DNA from: Lepidodermella squamata
Taxonomy: Eukaryota; Animalia; Gastrotricha
DNA: 64,000 nt
Assembly: GCA_047495785.1 (NCBI GenBank)
Contig: JBLDXI010000001.1
Location: forward strand, 4,526,001 to 4,590,000
Direction: 5' to 3'
The stretch's first letter is position 1. Every line of letters begins with the position of its first letter. A program made the position numbers and the translations under genes. A model generated the notes under the pieces. It saw only the letters and a list, made by a program, of their open reading frames with translations, did not search any database and had not been told where the DNA came from. Of this stretch, positions 39,001 to 53,200 are shown piece by piece.

Positions 39001-40774
39001 AGCCGGCGAGGTATTTTTGGCTACAACAGAAAACCAGTAGCGTCAGATAATTTTTACAAATTCTGAATTTTTTTCTTATTTTCGAGTTCATCAATCTTTA
39101 TTTTTATTTTTATTAATTTTTTTACTATATTACCCTAGGTCATTAAGGTGACAAAGGAATCTCGTTCATCAGCAACACACGGGTGATGATGCTTTCTTTT
39201 CAATTGCTGACACATTTTTTTCATTATTTTTATATCAATTTATACCAACTACTTTTATTCACTACAACATCATTCCTGTGCAAGATTAGAAGATACAGGT
39301 GTTTTACTGGTACCTTTTTTATGGCTTAAATAGCGCCAAATAACAAGTTGTATAAAAATACACACTGGTAATGCTGTAATAATAATGTTGTTGTTGACTC
39401 TTAAGGCCGAGAGTCGCAAAAACAACGCAAAACTAGTGGCGTAAGTACGGCTATTAATCTCGGTAAAGCATCATCGTGTTTATGCCAAAAACAACAACAA
39501 TCTCGAGCTGTATTATTTGATAGACACAGAGACACAGAGAGACATTATTACTGGTATTTTGATAGAGATAACTCACAACGTATTTTTTATTACAACTACT
39601 GGGCGCACTCGAAACACCCTGTGCGGTAGAAAACAGGTTTTTCGCTTCGAAAATGTCATTTTTCAGAATATTGCCTAAATTAATCAGCGAAACAAGGCGA
39701 ATCGATTGGTATATAGGCCAAAATCACTTTTCGGAATTCGGAATTCGCCGAAAAATTGGCTATTTCCGTCAAAAAATTCATGTGCGCAATTTTTATTTCA
39801 AATTAAAGAGCGAAGTGAGGTGAGGTTTTTATTATATAGGTCAAGTTACACTTATAAATTTTTTGAAAATATTCGCCAAGTCCCTATTTTCAGTTGTCAA
39901 TTTTGTAGCCTGTTGATGTCTGTGTTTATTTCCGGTTTTTACTAGGGTTGTTTACCGCGCACCCTACAATAGGCATTCGGGGGCTAATATCATCATCTTC
40001 TTTGTATCATCCTAAGTACTGTCATAGCTAACAATATCAGTCTGGAGTGAGTCCAAAGTCGCGGATGACAGACCTTGGTGAAAAACGTGGTGACCGAATG
40101 GCGATCATCCGGTGCCGCCGCTGCGTCAAATACACACGCGTGCGCACTTTTATTATTAGGCATCACGTGCGGGCGAGTTTTGTGTCACTCTTTACCTACT
40201 ACTATATTTGTGCGCACCCTTGTTTACTTGGACCCATCATCAAACACGCACACACTTGGCCCCACCACCACCACCACAGCGGCCTGCCTGTACAGCAGAA
40301 AAATGTATGATGTTATTATTATTATTTAGGTAATGCTCTCCATAGACTGATACTATTAGCGGGGCCAGTGCTGTGTGCGCGAATTAGATACATTCTGCTG
40401 ACATCAATACCTGTGTGGGTTTAGTCGCCGGCCGCGCCCGTGTCACGTCGTCGTCCAGAGTCAATGGCCAAGGTGTGCACAACACCTAGACTTATTCACT
40501 TCAGCACGCAACTTTTCGCTAACAAGACTCACTTTTTTCTATCTATACCTCTAGGTATATAGCGATTTTATTAATGAGGCCAATGTCCCTTTTATACCTA
40601 CTATTTATTCAAGCCTTTGTCATCATTTTTCTACCACCCAACGCACGATTCATTTAATTTTCTAAAGCCGAAAAGATCCTTTGTTAAATCTAGAGACATT
40701 TTCATATCTAATTAGTTTTTGATCATTTTCAGGCATCTTTATTAATGTAGGTCGTGAATTTGGCCTCTGGAAAT

Positions 40775-41052
40775 CAAGATGGTGAACGATTCTGTAACTT
40801 TTTTGGTGTGTCGCGTGGTTGTCACATGGTGTCACCAAAGTCGACATTTTTCCGTTAATTGGTTACCTGAGATCGGCTTCTTGTTGTCTTCAAGTAATTA
40901 GGTTAATTTTTTGCTGAGAACAGCTTTCAATCTGCGACCATCGCCCATATTGACTAAGGTGTGGCACAAAGGTGACACCATGTGACAAAACTTGACACTG
41001 CGACATCTCATGAACCTTTTACGTTAAAATTACAAGATTTTCACATTCTTAA
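40775..41052. repeat. Degenerate inverted-repeat element (old MITE?)
   Basis: ttgtcacatggtgtcacc (~40819-40836) is the reverse complement of ggtgacaccatgtgacaa (40971-40988), with weaker symmetry outward. Ends uncertain. Confidence 0.55.
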
Positions 41053-41213
41053 TCCTTGGATAATTTCTGATTTTTCCATAGATTTTTAATAATTTTTCGA
41101 AATTATTGAAATTTTAAATGTCGTCGTGAATTGGCGATTTTTTTTTAACAAATTTCAAATCGGATCTATTTTATCGACCTGATTGAGATTATTTTCTGCT
41201 GCTGCTGCTGCTG

Positions 41214-44200
41214 ATGTCTTCCGCATCGACACCAGCTCAGAGCGTCTACAGCACGCTGAAGAGCTTCAGTGCCAGCAAGTTATTCGGCGCGAAAAATCCG
41301 AACCCTGAAAATAATAGAAATAACAATAATCGGAATTCGCTTTATTTCAACAACTACGCCTCAACCACTGAATTTGACGACCAGCCGAAAAAACCGTCGG
41401 CTAATTACTGCGACGAGGCAAATTTCTACGGCGAATACCCGGTTGCTCCGGGTAATAATAATAACAATTCGGTAATTTTACCGAACTACGACCAGGCCGT
41501 TATGTCGAGATCGAGGTCTTCGGGCGCTGTTCTCGCCAATCAGGGTGGCCAATACGCTTCGTTGACAGCTTTGAATCAAAGCATGACTCACCCTGGTAGT
41601 AATTACCAGCAACAGGGTGAGCAGTCGGCTGATGGGCCGGTTTTCCGGACGGTCACCCTGGCTCGCCTCGTCGCGCAGGGTGTCAAGCGGCAGCCGTGTA
41701 CGAACCCGTTTTTGGCCGGCTACCAGGCGCCGACCGCCCAGACCCAGACGCAGAATACTATGCCGCCGTCATCCTGCTTCGGAATATCCTTAAGAGCGTG
41801 AGTTTAATCGGGTTTGCTTTGGAATTTCTGAGTCAAAAGTAGGCATTTTTCAAAAGGTTAAAATGAAGCGTCAGATAAATAATGAAAAATTCCCGAAAAT
41901 CCGAGAAGATGAATTTTAGCTCTAAGGATCAGGAAAAGATCTTAGGATTTTTTCCATGAAGCAGAATTGAGACGTCGATTATAAATAGCCAATAGGCAAT
42001 AGCCTTGGATCATAAATCGGAATATTTTTTGCAAGTTGAAATCTGTAAAATTAAGAAAGAAAAAATCAAAATAGCCAAACATCCGTATTTGCAAGATTTG
42101 CAAGATCACGAGAAATTTTCAATTTGAAAATAAAATCTCGAAAAATCATCTGCTCAATTTTACAGTTCGCAGGGTGATTGAAAATTATTTTTAAAATTTG
42201 TTGCGATGTTGGCATCATTTCATGCGACCTTGGCTCACCTGTCGTATGCTCAAATGTCGCTTTTTTTATTTGATATTCGAATTCGCTAAGCTGCCGAGGC
42301 AATTAACCGTTGCTCATTTGTCATACGCTGAAATGGCGACTCCATGATATTTTTACATCCAAGAAATTTAGGATTATCTAGGTTTTATGCTCTTTTCCCT
42401 ATTTGTCGTAATTTTTCTCTAATTATTTATTGTTTATTTTTCAGTCATGTTGTTATGTCTCCACACCCATCAATGGTCGCTCGAAGCCGAAGCAGTGGTA
42501 TAATTGGCCCAGCCCCTCTTCCCGTCGTCCTCGTTTTCATCGACGAACTGCTACCGTCCCACTTGTTAACCGCCCAGGGCCAGACCGTAGTGCTGAGTCA
42601 AAGCCTGCAAATTCTCGTAAAATCCGTGCACGTCGGCGATCAAGTCGTCGCTGTCAACGGAATTTCCGTCCTGTCAGCGCCATCCCTAGACTACGTTGAG
42701 CAGTTAATTGGCCAGAGTGGGAATTCACTGACCCTGACGCTATCCGCGCCTGTCCTAGACAACGGTTCCAGCAGCAGGGCCGGTTCCACGTTGGCGACGA
42801 CGAATGGAACCCTGCGGAAGTCGGATGAGGAAAATTTAGCGGCTGAGCCGGTTGAAGTTGTTGATCATCGGAGGCAGATGAGCATGTCCCGATCGGGATA
42901 TAATGGCGCCTCATTGACGGCTATGACAGCTCTCAGGCAGCAGTCGAAGAATCAGGAATCGGTAAGCCTTAATTCCTAGCTTCGACATTATTGCTAGTTT
43001 TAATTAGGAATATAGGAATATAGGAATTGAGCATGGGGAATGGGAATAGGACTAGAAATAGGAATAGGAATTGCGATAGGAATGGGAATAGGATTGGGAA
43101 TAGGAATAGGAATTAGCAATAGGGCTTCTTAAATTTGAGTTGGTATAATTGCTGTTATTTGACCCAATTTTCGACAATCCTATCCCAGGAAATTGGGAAA
43201 ATTATGTAGTATTGACCTCATTATCCATTGGGATATCGTGAATCATTTTAAAAACAGATTACTCTCATGTAGCCTAATCAATAATAATAATATAATAATA
43301 ATAATTTTATTTCGAAATTGCTTTCAGGATTAGAAGGGCAGGCCACTAACACTAACCCAGTAGTAGTTTACATTTTATATAGGATTTAAGATCCACGCGA
43401 AAAATATTTGCTTTGAAGATTTCATTACGTACTTTAACAGGGAGAGAATCAGAAAAATCAAAAACACTCGGGTGAAGATTATTCCATATTTCAATGTTAC
43501 GATTAAGAAAGAAATTTTTATACACTGGTTTAGTAGCATTACGGAAGGTATTATTGGGATTTTTTACAATATAGCGAAAACGATGCCCACGATTGCTATT
43601 TGTTAAGAAGATAATGTTGTTTTTCAGAGTTGTGTTTACAGAGCCATTTATTATTTTGTAAAGAAAACAGAGATCATTAATAATGCGACGTTCCTCAAGC
43701 GAGCGAATATTAAGATATGTAAGCCTTTGTGGATAAGTAAGACGGTTTTGGTCCCGAATCGAGAATCCAAGAGCTCGTCTCGTGAAGTAGGACTGCACTT
43801 TTTCTATCGCAACAATATTTTCCTTTAAATATGGTGACCAGACGCTGGAACAATACTCAAGAAGAGGGCGAACATAGACACAGTATGCCCATTTAAGGGT
43901 TTCAGCAGATTGCCCCTGAAGCGCACGTAAAATTAAATTAGCTCTGAGATACGCTTTTTTTATAGCTTCATTACACTGGGCTTTGAACGATAATTTCTCG
44001 TCAACAAGCAAACCTAAATCTTTATAACTAGAGCATTTTTTAAGAGGCACGCCACCAAGAAGATAATTAGTTTTTGGATTTTTAGACCCGACATGTAAGA
44101 TTGCACATTTTTCTAGCGAAAGTTTGAGTTGCCAACTACTGATCCATTTGAAGAGGTTCTCAAGCGATAAGACAAGGCGGTCAGTTTTACACAAATCGTC

Positions 44201-47200
44201 GCGGCTAAATACGATATAAATTTTACAATCGTCTGCAAAGAGCTTAATTGAGACACCTTGAGGTAGCGAATCGGCCAAGTCATTTATATAAATTAAAAAC
44301 AACAGAGGGCCAAGGACCGATCCCTGAGGAACACCACTTGGAACGTCACATTCATCGCTGAATACTCCATTCACACAAACTTTTTGTTTTCGACCACTAA
44401 GGTACGATGCAAGCCATTCAAGCAGTTCTCCACTGACTCCAATCGACTCAAGTTTAAGTAATAATTTTCTGTGACACACGGAGTCGAAAGCCTTAGCAAG
44501 ATCAACATATACAATATCAACGCAATCTGAACATTCGACCGCAAACGCCCAGTCAAGGAAAGATTCCAACATTTGGGTTGTAGTTGACTTGAAACGCATG
44601 AAACCATGTTGGGTTGGCGATATAAGATTATGGTACAGAAGGTAGTCAAGCAAGTGATTTCTGATAATAGTTTCAAGAACACGACACATTGTACACGTTA
44701 GCGAAATTGGTCGATAATCAACAGGATATTTTGAGTTTCCTTTTTTAGGCACAGGGGTCACAAACGCGGATTTCCATTCATCTGGAACGACACCTTTAGC
44801 AAGTGAAAGCGATAAAATTCGGGTAATGGGAGTAACCAAGCAAGATTTCAAGTTTTTGAAGAAAATTGATGGCAATCCATCGGGACATAAAGAATAAGAA
44901 TTAGATAGATCAGAGAGCACTTGTAATACCATTTTTTCATCGATTGGAATAGACGTAATTTTATCAACAATGTTCGAGCTTAAGGTGGGCGTGTGCATAT
45001 CATCAAGCGTAAATACAGTAGAAAATTGATGATTCAGAGCATTGGCCTTTTCAGAGTCTTCGGTACACAATTTACCGTTGGAATGGATTAGTGGTGGAAT
45101 ACTAGAATGATTCGATAATTTTGAATTTACAAAGCCATACATCTTCGATATGTCTCTTGAAGCAATCATTGACCTCACATTTTCACGTTCAAATTTTTCG
45201 ACAGCACATTTATATTCAGAAGCCAAGCGATTGTAATGAGCAAGGAGAGACACGTAATAAGGTGACGATTTATCAGAACGATTTGCTCTCAATTTTTTCC
45301 AAGACGCCAATTTTTTACTCCCCAGTTTTCGAATATATTTGGGATATTTGTATTTTCTTGGAGAGTCACATTTTAACGGTACAAATTTTACAACCAAAGA
45401 ATTAAGAAGGGAAATAAATTTAACATAACATTTATGTATATCATCATAACAGTCGTAAAAGAAATCATACCATGAGAAAGAATTTAAACATTCGATAATT
45501 TTTGGAAAATTAGCCTTTCGAAAGTTACGCGTTTTATCATTAATTTGCGGGGGTGTTAAGGTTACGTCAATTTCAAATTTTAAAGAAGAGTGAATACTAG
45601 TGGAGAAATTTTCTATTACAGACAGATTGTACACACTACGTTCTGCATTAGTTAGAAGGACATCGAGAATCTTGTCGTTACAAGTTGGTTCAGTAACTAG
45701 CTGACTGAAAGAGTTTTCAAAGAAGCATTCGATAAATAAGGTCTCCATTCTTCGATAACTTTTGACCGTATCAGTCCAATCAATTTTACCCAAGTTAAGG
45801 TCAGCTAACAGGTAAATCGGCTGAACGCACTTAGCAAGGTAAGATATTGCAGAACACAAAACAGAGCCGTACTCAAAGTCGGTTTGAGAAAAATAAGGCG
45901 GGCGATAAAACCCGACAAATCTCTTGGTACAATTTTTTGAGAAGAAAACGTCTATGGCGATAATTTCGGCTTCATTTAATTCAGAAGGAATTTCAACACG
46001 GACAAAATTCAATTCTTTTTTTATCAACATGCAGACACCGCCACCACCACATTTTGTACGATCATTTCGAATTACAACATACTCTTTATTACACAACATG
46101 CCATCAGTAACCGTAGGATTTAGCCAAGTTTCAGCTATGATGATGATGTCATAAACACCCTGATTTAGAAGGTTTAAAAGTTCGGGAAGTTTGTTTTTCA
46201 AGCTACCAGCATTGCAGAAAAAGACACGGCAGCGTGTTAGGCCTGCTGTGGCCTAGATGGCCTTCTTGCTTTTAGATGGCAACGCAGCAGGAATCGGGTC
46301 TTCGACGAGAGAACCATCGCCAAAGCTGTATGAGAAAGAACCAACCGACGTTATCAGTTGAAATCCACCTTGACCGAAAGCAATTTTAAGATTCTTGTTC
46401 GTCTGCTTCAAATCCTCAATTTTTTCCCGGAAAAGTTTACTAGCCGTTGAGCGATGCTTAGTACGACAAGGACGACAGGTGATGCCATCTTGTTTGACCT
46501 CAGTAGGCTTGTATTTCTCAAGCACGGTTTTCAGGAGGCCATGGTTTGACTTGATTTCGAGTTTGATAGGCCTGGCATTTTCACGGGTCGGACGACCCGA
46601 AACACGTTTTCCCAGTCGAAAACAGTTGAATTCAGCGTCATGTAACTCCGGTATTTCCTGACGGATTTTCTCCGGTAGCTTATCCGGCTTTTCTTCGCCG
46701 GGATCGATAACGCCGAACACGACGATGGAATTAGCAAGCTTGCTTTCCTCAAGTTGATTGACACGTAGTTGCAAATCATTAATAACCTTGGTCTGATCGG
46801 TCACTGTCGTTCGGAGTTGCTCGACTTCAGACTTGAGCTTTACAAGTTCCATGGTAAAATGCTCCTTGATACGTACTTCCGTGCCCGTCATCAGCCGTTC
46901 GAGCCTAGACCATTCGGCCTCGTCAATAGGCATGTTGGCAAAGTGCCAGTATAGTAAATTTGAGAGAGGGTTATCAAATGTGTGTAAAAACACAAAAAAT
47001 TCAATTTACGTTTAGAATGAATCGCAATTCCAATCAAATCAAATTTAGAAAAATTTAATAATCCTATGTCATCGTCGCTATTTAATACGACAATGAAGAG
47101 ACGGCCCTTTGAGATTTTTTATCCATCGATTTATACTGATTTATTTTCGAGAACGACAAAAAGCGTAATTTAATTCTTGGTGCCGCTATTTTTTAGAACG

Positions 47201-50200
47201 CCAATTTATTATACATATACGGGTCAAATTTCGCGATTTGCGGAAAATCTTTCCATATGCGGTCACGCTAGCCAAAAGCAAGATCGTGATTTTACATCGA
47301 TCATTCGGTTTTTTTTATTAATCATGTTAATTGCACATTTCTCTCGCCTAGTTACACGCGGAATTCCGCCATGCTCTTATCCAGTAAAGGCCGGGGAAAA
47401 AACGATAGCGATAAGCAAATTATATTTCTTGTTATAGAGGTGGCGCAGCATCATTAGCCGGGCTATTTACGCGCTCAAAAAAATCGCTCACATAGGTAGT
47501 TTTTCGATTGTGAAGGTGCGCGTGCGCGCTGGGGTTAACTGCGCACCGGCACAAATTGCGCGCACAAAAACTGGCCGTGTAATAATGATGCGCGCACTTT
47601 TTTTATATACGCGCGCGCGCACTTTTAATATATCTCATACCTGTGCGCGCCCGCACGCGCGCGCTCTGGTGAACACAAATCAGACACAGGCTTGCCGCGT
47701 AACGGCGGCACTTAGTTAACGCAAAATGATAGATGAATGCGCGATCGCTATATGCTATAGGACTTGCATATAAACCTATTTATTTATCAAACATCAGACC
47801 CGTTTCGCCTGGCTTATAATATAAAACGCGGCCTTAAAATAGCCCCCTGAAGCTAGTTTATAAGGCGCCTGAAACAACAATGGAGCCATCGAAGCAGCAT
47901 TATTACTATCATTATTACGATCGTTTATTGCCCGCCTGATTTTCTTAAAATATAATTTACCTGTGCACACATAGAGAAAAAATAATAATAATAAAACAAA
48001 ACACGAAATGATCGCGCACTGCCTGCGTGTAATTTAGGTCAACGCACATTAATTGACGTGCGTGCGTCCCACAAGGCGCTCGAAATAATTTCCGCCTGCC
48101 GGTGACCGGTGACATCGATCGGCGCCATTTTTTAGTTCAGTCACCCTGTAGTATTACCCGCTTTAAAGTTCACTTTTTTCGCACCTCTAGCAAAAAAAAC
48201 CACGGCCTATAATTTTCGGCGTAGAAATTAATTCGTGGGACCAATATAATCAATGTAACCTTGAACTGCCTGGATTGTGACAAATTAATTTCTGAAATTA
48301 TTTCCTGGATTAGATTGTTGGTTTTACGTTTCAACACCGACCCTGGATCTATCTATTTCTGGAATATTTGATCATTCTAATTTTTTACGTTTTTCTTATA
48401 AATTCGGAATAAGTAGAATTAGGAAATCGTTTCCCCCTTCCTATTCCTAATCCCTAAATTAAATACCAGAAAAGAACTAAGAAGGTATTTTCGATTCGTA
48501 TAAGAATAAGGAGATTGAGGAATATTGGGCCACCATTTTCTCCCAATTTCCTGAAATTGTTTTCTTGAAAAATTGAAATAAATTGAAAATTTCTCCCCAA
48601 TTTTCACTTTTTATTCTAACAAAATTATTTTGTATACGGCATAATATTAAATTGTATTTTGCATTTTTTTAAACATTTTAGCTGAATTATTACGACCATG
48701 CCGCGCTGTTTGCGAACCGGCCCGCCAGCGTGACGACAGCCGCCCAGCCTCAACCACCTGTTGAGCGCGCCTCGCACTATGCCGAGATAGTCCAGGCGTC
48801 GAGTTGCCTCACTCTCAACCAAACGACAATGACCAGCCGAGAACCGAGTCGCCCGGCCTCACAGCAACCACGGCCTAGCAACGCGCCGAATATAACCAGC
48901 AAGTTGACAGCCTACGTGCCGCCCATGGCCGCCCCGCCACGCCCGGCTGCGCCCGTCACGGGTTATGGCGCCGGCGAAAGTAGGGCGTTTTTAGCCTTGC
49001 AGAATCAGCCAAGCGTGACGAAACTAGCCGGGCCGCAACAGCCGACGGTGCCGCAGTTGCAGCAGCAGTCGGCGGCTGACCAGCTGCGAATTTACATGGC
49101 CTTGCCGGCGAACAAGCAGCAGCAGCAACAACAGGATGAACAGTCTTCGAGTTTGAATTACCTCGAATTCCCGGCTGAACCTTTGAGGTGAGATTCAACT
49201 CAAAAATTGCTTGGAAAAAATATAACGAAAATTTTAAATGAAAAGGAATTTTGAGAAAATGCAGATTTTAAATATTTGATTGAAATATTGAAAACTCTGA
49301 AGAAAAAATTGAAATATTTGAAAATTTCACCCGTGGCTTGGGTCATAGTAATTGTCGTCTTTAGTTCACTATTTACTATTTTTCGTTTTTTCTCGATTTT
49401 TTTTAAATTTCAGTTTATCTGGGGGAAATCTGAAAAATATAGATCAGCTGTCAAATATGGCAGTGTTTATCCATTACAAGGAAGTTTAATTGACTTAAAT
49501 TGACGTAGTGTCCAGTTTGCTTCGGAATTTATCGTTTCGTGCAATATTAGGACGCCTTCGCGAGCTTTTTTTATTTTTTTTTAGACTTTGAGCTAAATTG
49601 AGGACATACAGGTTAATCTGATCTCTTGGGTTGAGCTGTTGCGAGTTCACTTTTATGAATTCTGACTCTGTGGTCTGAAAAAGTAGCTCGTTTACCTCAG
49701 TTTCGAAATGGCGGAAGAAAATCAATATATTTTATACTTATTTAGGTAATCGTTCATTGATTTGGGAAATCATTTTTATAAACCAATTTGCCTATTATTT
49801 CCAAGTAATTCTATTGATTAAATTTTTTTTTACGAAATTTTCATTGCATCCCAATGACGCAAATCAGGTGCAAACATGATTAAATAGAGTACACAATCGC
49901 AAAAAATATATTTATCCTAATTTTTTATAATTTCGATTTTTTCTTCAATAGCCGATTCGCAAGTTTGCCTGTCGATGTCCTAATGAAGCAAAATTCGACA
50001 TCGAACGCCTCGCCCGTATCAGCAACATCAAGTTCCAGCTCGACTATAAGCTCCGAAGCCTCCGCAGCCACAGCCATCAACAAAGCCGTCGGCATAATGG
50101 CAGCCCCCATGGCGGCGCCCCGGCCGTCGCCCGTCATGCTGGACACGCCGAAACAGGGCGCGTCGAGCGGCTCGTCAAACGCCTCGTCGTCGTCGATCAG

Positions 50201-53200
50201 CCGCCGCGTGTCGTTTTTACGCGCCACTGGCACCGAAGCGACAAGCGGCGGGGCTGGTGGTAGTAATGTAAACTGGGTCAGCATGCCGCCGTCAGCGCAG
50301 CAGCAGCAGCAATCGAGTGGCGCCTGGCTGGCCGCTGCGGCCACGGGCAGTTTTGACGGCCGTGATATGTACGCACCCTACAGCAGCGTGACCTATTCAA
50401 GCTCCATTGCAGTGTAAGTCCCTTAATTTGATATTCATTTTTTTCGGAATTTTTTGTGCATTTTTTATTGATAACACGGCCTCGCGAAAAATTATTTAGA
50501 GTTAATTAAAATTAAATTTAAAATTTATTATTCATCAATCTATTCATCTTTCAGCTTTCTGCTGTCTGAATTTTTCAATAAGGACAAAATTTTTCCTTCG
50601 TCAATCATATCCGCAATTTTCTGTCCGCATTAAGAGCTTGCCACTCATCAATCAATTAGTTCAATTTTTGTCTTGAAATATCGGCTGATTTATATTGCTA
50701 TTCATAAAGTGCGTTCAAATATTATTTAGACTGTTCGATAAATTTTACAACCCTTAAGCGTATTAAGACGGCAGAAAAAATCGAATTAAGTATTCATCAA
50801 AGATATATAATAGGAAATGCCGTGTAAACTACTACGCGCGTCATAGGTACACAAATCGACCTTTAATATACACTTGAAATAACGCGTGTAGCCCTATATC
50901 TCATTTGACAGCACAAGAGGCTACTACACAAAATGTAGGTAGCTGCTGCTTTCAAAAAAAAACTGACTGCCACTCGCGAACGAACGCACTTTTCGAGGCA
51001 GCGAGACGCATCGGAAGGCGCGCTTCGAATTTCTCGTGTTTTTCCGAGCGAAATATGTTCGCTTTGCGTCTTGGAGCGCTCTCGAAGGCCGGAAAGAAGC
51101 GCGCTATGAGCCGCGCAAAACATTCGATACTCACGAAGACTTAGCTTGAACACTTTCCATGATTTTCTTGCGGTAGCACAACAGCTGATTTCTCTTTCAG
51201 TCTTGGGGACGTTTAACCACTAGAATACAGCCTTTCAATTTACGCCATCTCGAGATTTATTACTTTGACCTGATTACAGCTTTATAGCGATGACCTCTCA
51301 CTGCTGTCGATTATTATTCAGGCCATCGTTTTATTGCTGGTTAAAACATTCCTCTCATTTTATTATAGGAGGTTTGTATCTTTTTGTATCCTCCCTCTTT
51401 ATTGATAGCGAACGTCTTTCCCCTGAAAATCGTGATCAAATATAAGGACAGTGGAATGCTTTTATTTTAATTATTCGGACAGTTGAGACACCAACAGTCG
51501 TGACCATGAAAAATTGCGTGGACGCACCTGGGTGTCATATTTTTCCGAAACAGTAACATTATTTTTCGCAATTTTATTTGTCAATATTTTTGTAGTTAAA
51601 CAGCGCTGTTCTTATTTTCTGTCGATTCAATTTAAAATGTCTCACTTTTCAGTCGAAAACGAATTATTGGAAAAATAAGAAATGAATTAAAGCCCCTTAG
51701 CTGCAGCGAAAGCGGTCCTCTGGGGCGGCGGGGCCATTAACTGTTTTAGACGACACGCGCACGGAGCCTCTGCCGCAATAACTAGATAAAACATCGACAA
51801 AAAGAAAATCATCGCGCAATATATTGCAAAAACATGTGTATTTATTCGCGGTCGATTATACAAGAGGCCGATGAACATTTTTCCGGCCTTCGTCTCGCTT
51901 TAACGAGCATAGCATATAGCATTACTATTATTATTACACTGCAGAGCAATAATTTAATTTCAATTTGTGGGCCCTTTTTACTCCATCCGCCGAAATTTTT
52001 TTCATGCTCGCGCGAGCGAAAGACCTAACTGAAAAAAACGAGACATTTATCTCGAGTTACCCTCATAGCACAAAATAATGTTGTTGTTATAGCCGTTTTT
52101 ATAACAATAAAAAAAGAATTCAATTACTATTATTTCGGAAGCAGCGATATTTAATATATAGAGAAAATAATTAATTTATTCGCGCGGCCGTGGGTGATAA
52201 TGTTGCAACAACAAGCTAATAATAAAAATGTTTCGCCTTGTTCTTCTATCGCCTCGTCGTCGTCTCACTCGGAACCGATCGCCATCAACCTGTTCGATTT
52301 CTCGTCGTCGCCTTCGCTTCGAAATTCGACGTCGTCTCTGCTTCAATTGAAACAATCAACCAGCAGTAGCCCGCCTAATCACAGCGACTCGCTGGCGATA
52401 AGCAGCAATCAAGGCCTGATGCAGCCAAGCGTGACGCCGCTGCACCCGACGCTGTCGGCGGCGCCCGGCGGCGGCGGACCCGCCAATATGCAGGTGGCGT
52501 CGATGAAAAAACTGAAGAAACTGCTAGGCGCTGGCACGCCAGATATTTTACATGCGAAAAATTTGCAACAGCGCTACGCCGAGCTGCTGCCAACAGCCAC
52601 CCTCAAAGGCAACGCTCAGGTAAGCAAAAATATTTTTTTTCGGAAAAATTATCTTATTTGTTCGAGCATGGCCTGTTTAGGACTTTTTGGACGGTATATT
52701 TTTGAATTTCCTCTAAAATTTTCTAATCCTTGTTGTTGCACTTTTCCTGTTTCCTTGTTCCGCCGTAATGGTGGACGTTTTTTAAAAATAAACATTTATC
52801 GATCGCTTACGGGGGTGAATAAATCTCGAACTTACTTGAAAACAGGATTTCAGAGTTATAAAAATATTTACTAAAGTTTATAAGCAAAGTTCGAATTTTT
52901 CTCAGATTGATGAACAACAATTGCTCCCCAGCCAAACTTTGTTTCGAAATTTTAAAATTTCAAAAAAATTAAATTTTCGAATTTTAATTTCAAAAAATTC
53001 AAAATTTTAAAAAATTTGGATTGAAATCTGACATTTTAATTTTTAATTTATTTTGACATTATTGTGGAGCTGCTAATTTAATTTAATTATACCTATTTTT
53101 TCTTCATAGGTGAAACTAGTATCTTCGACTCGATCTGCCTCGCTGTCGTCCTCCTCCGCCTCGCCGGCCACCCTGGTCGCGTGGCAGCCGGCCTTCCTCG

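Larger units (their letters stand above)
43280..46995 (-). mobile_element. Apparently full-length CR1-like non-LTR retrotransposon in RhoGAP intron 2, antisense
   Basis: Intact ORF1 and ORF2, short 3' UTR, AATAAA at 43311-43306 followed by an (ATT)n tail (43304-43280). The 5' end is approximate and no clear TSD was found. Confidence 0.92.
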
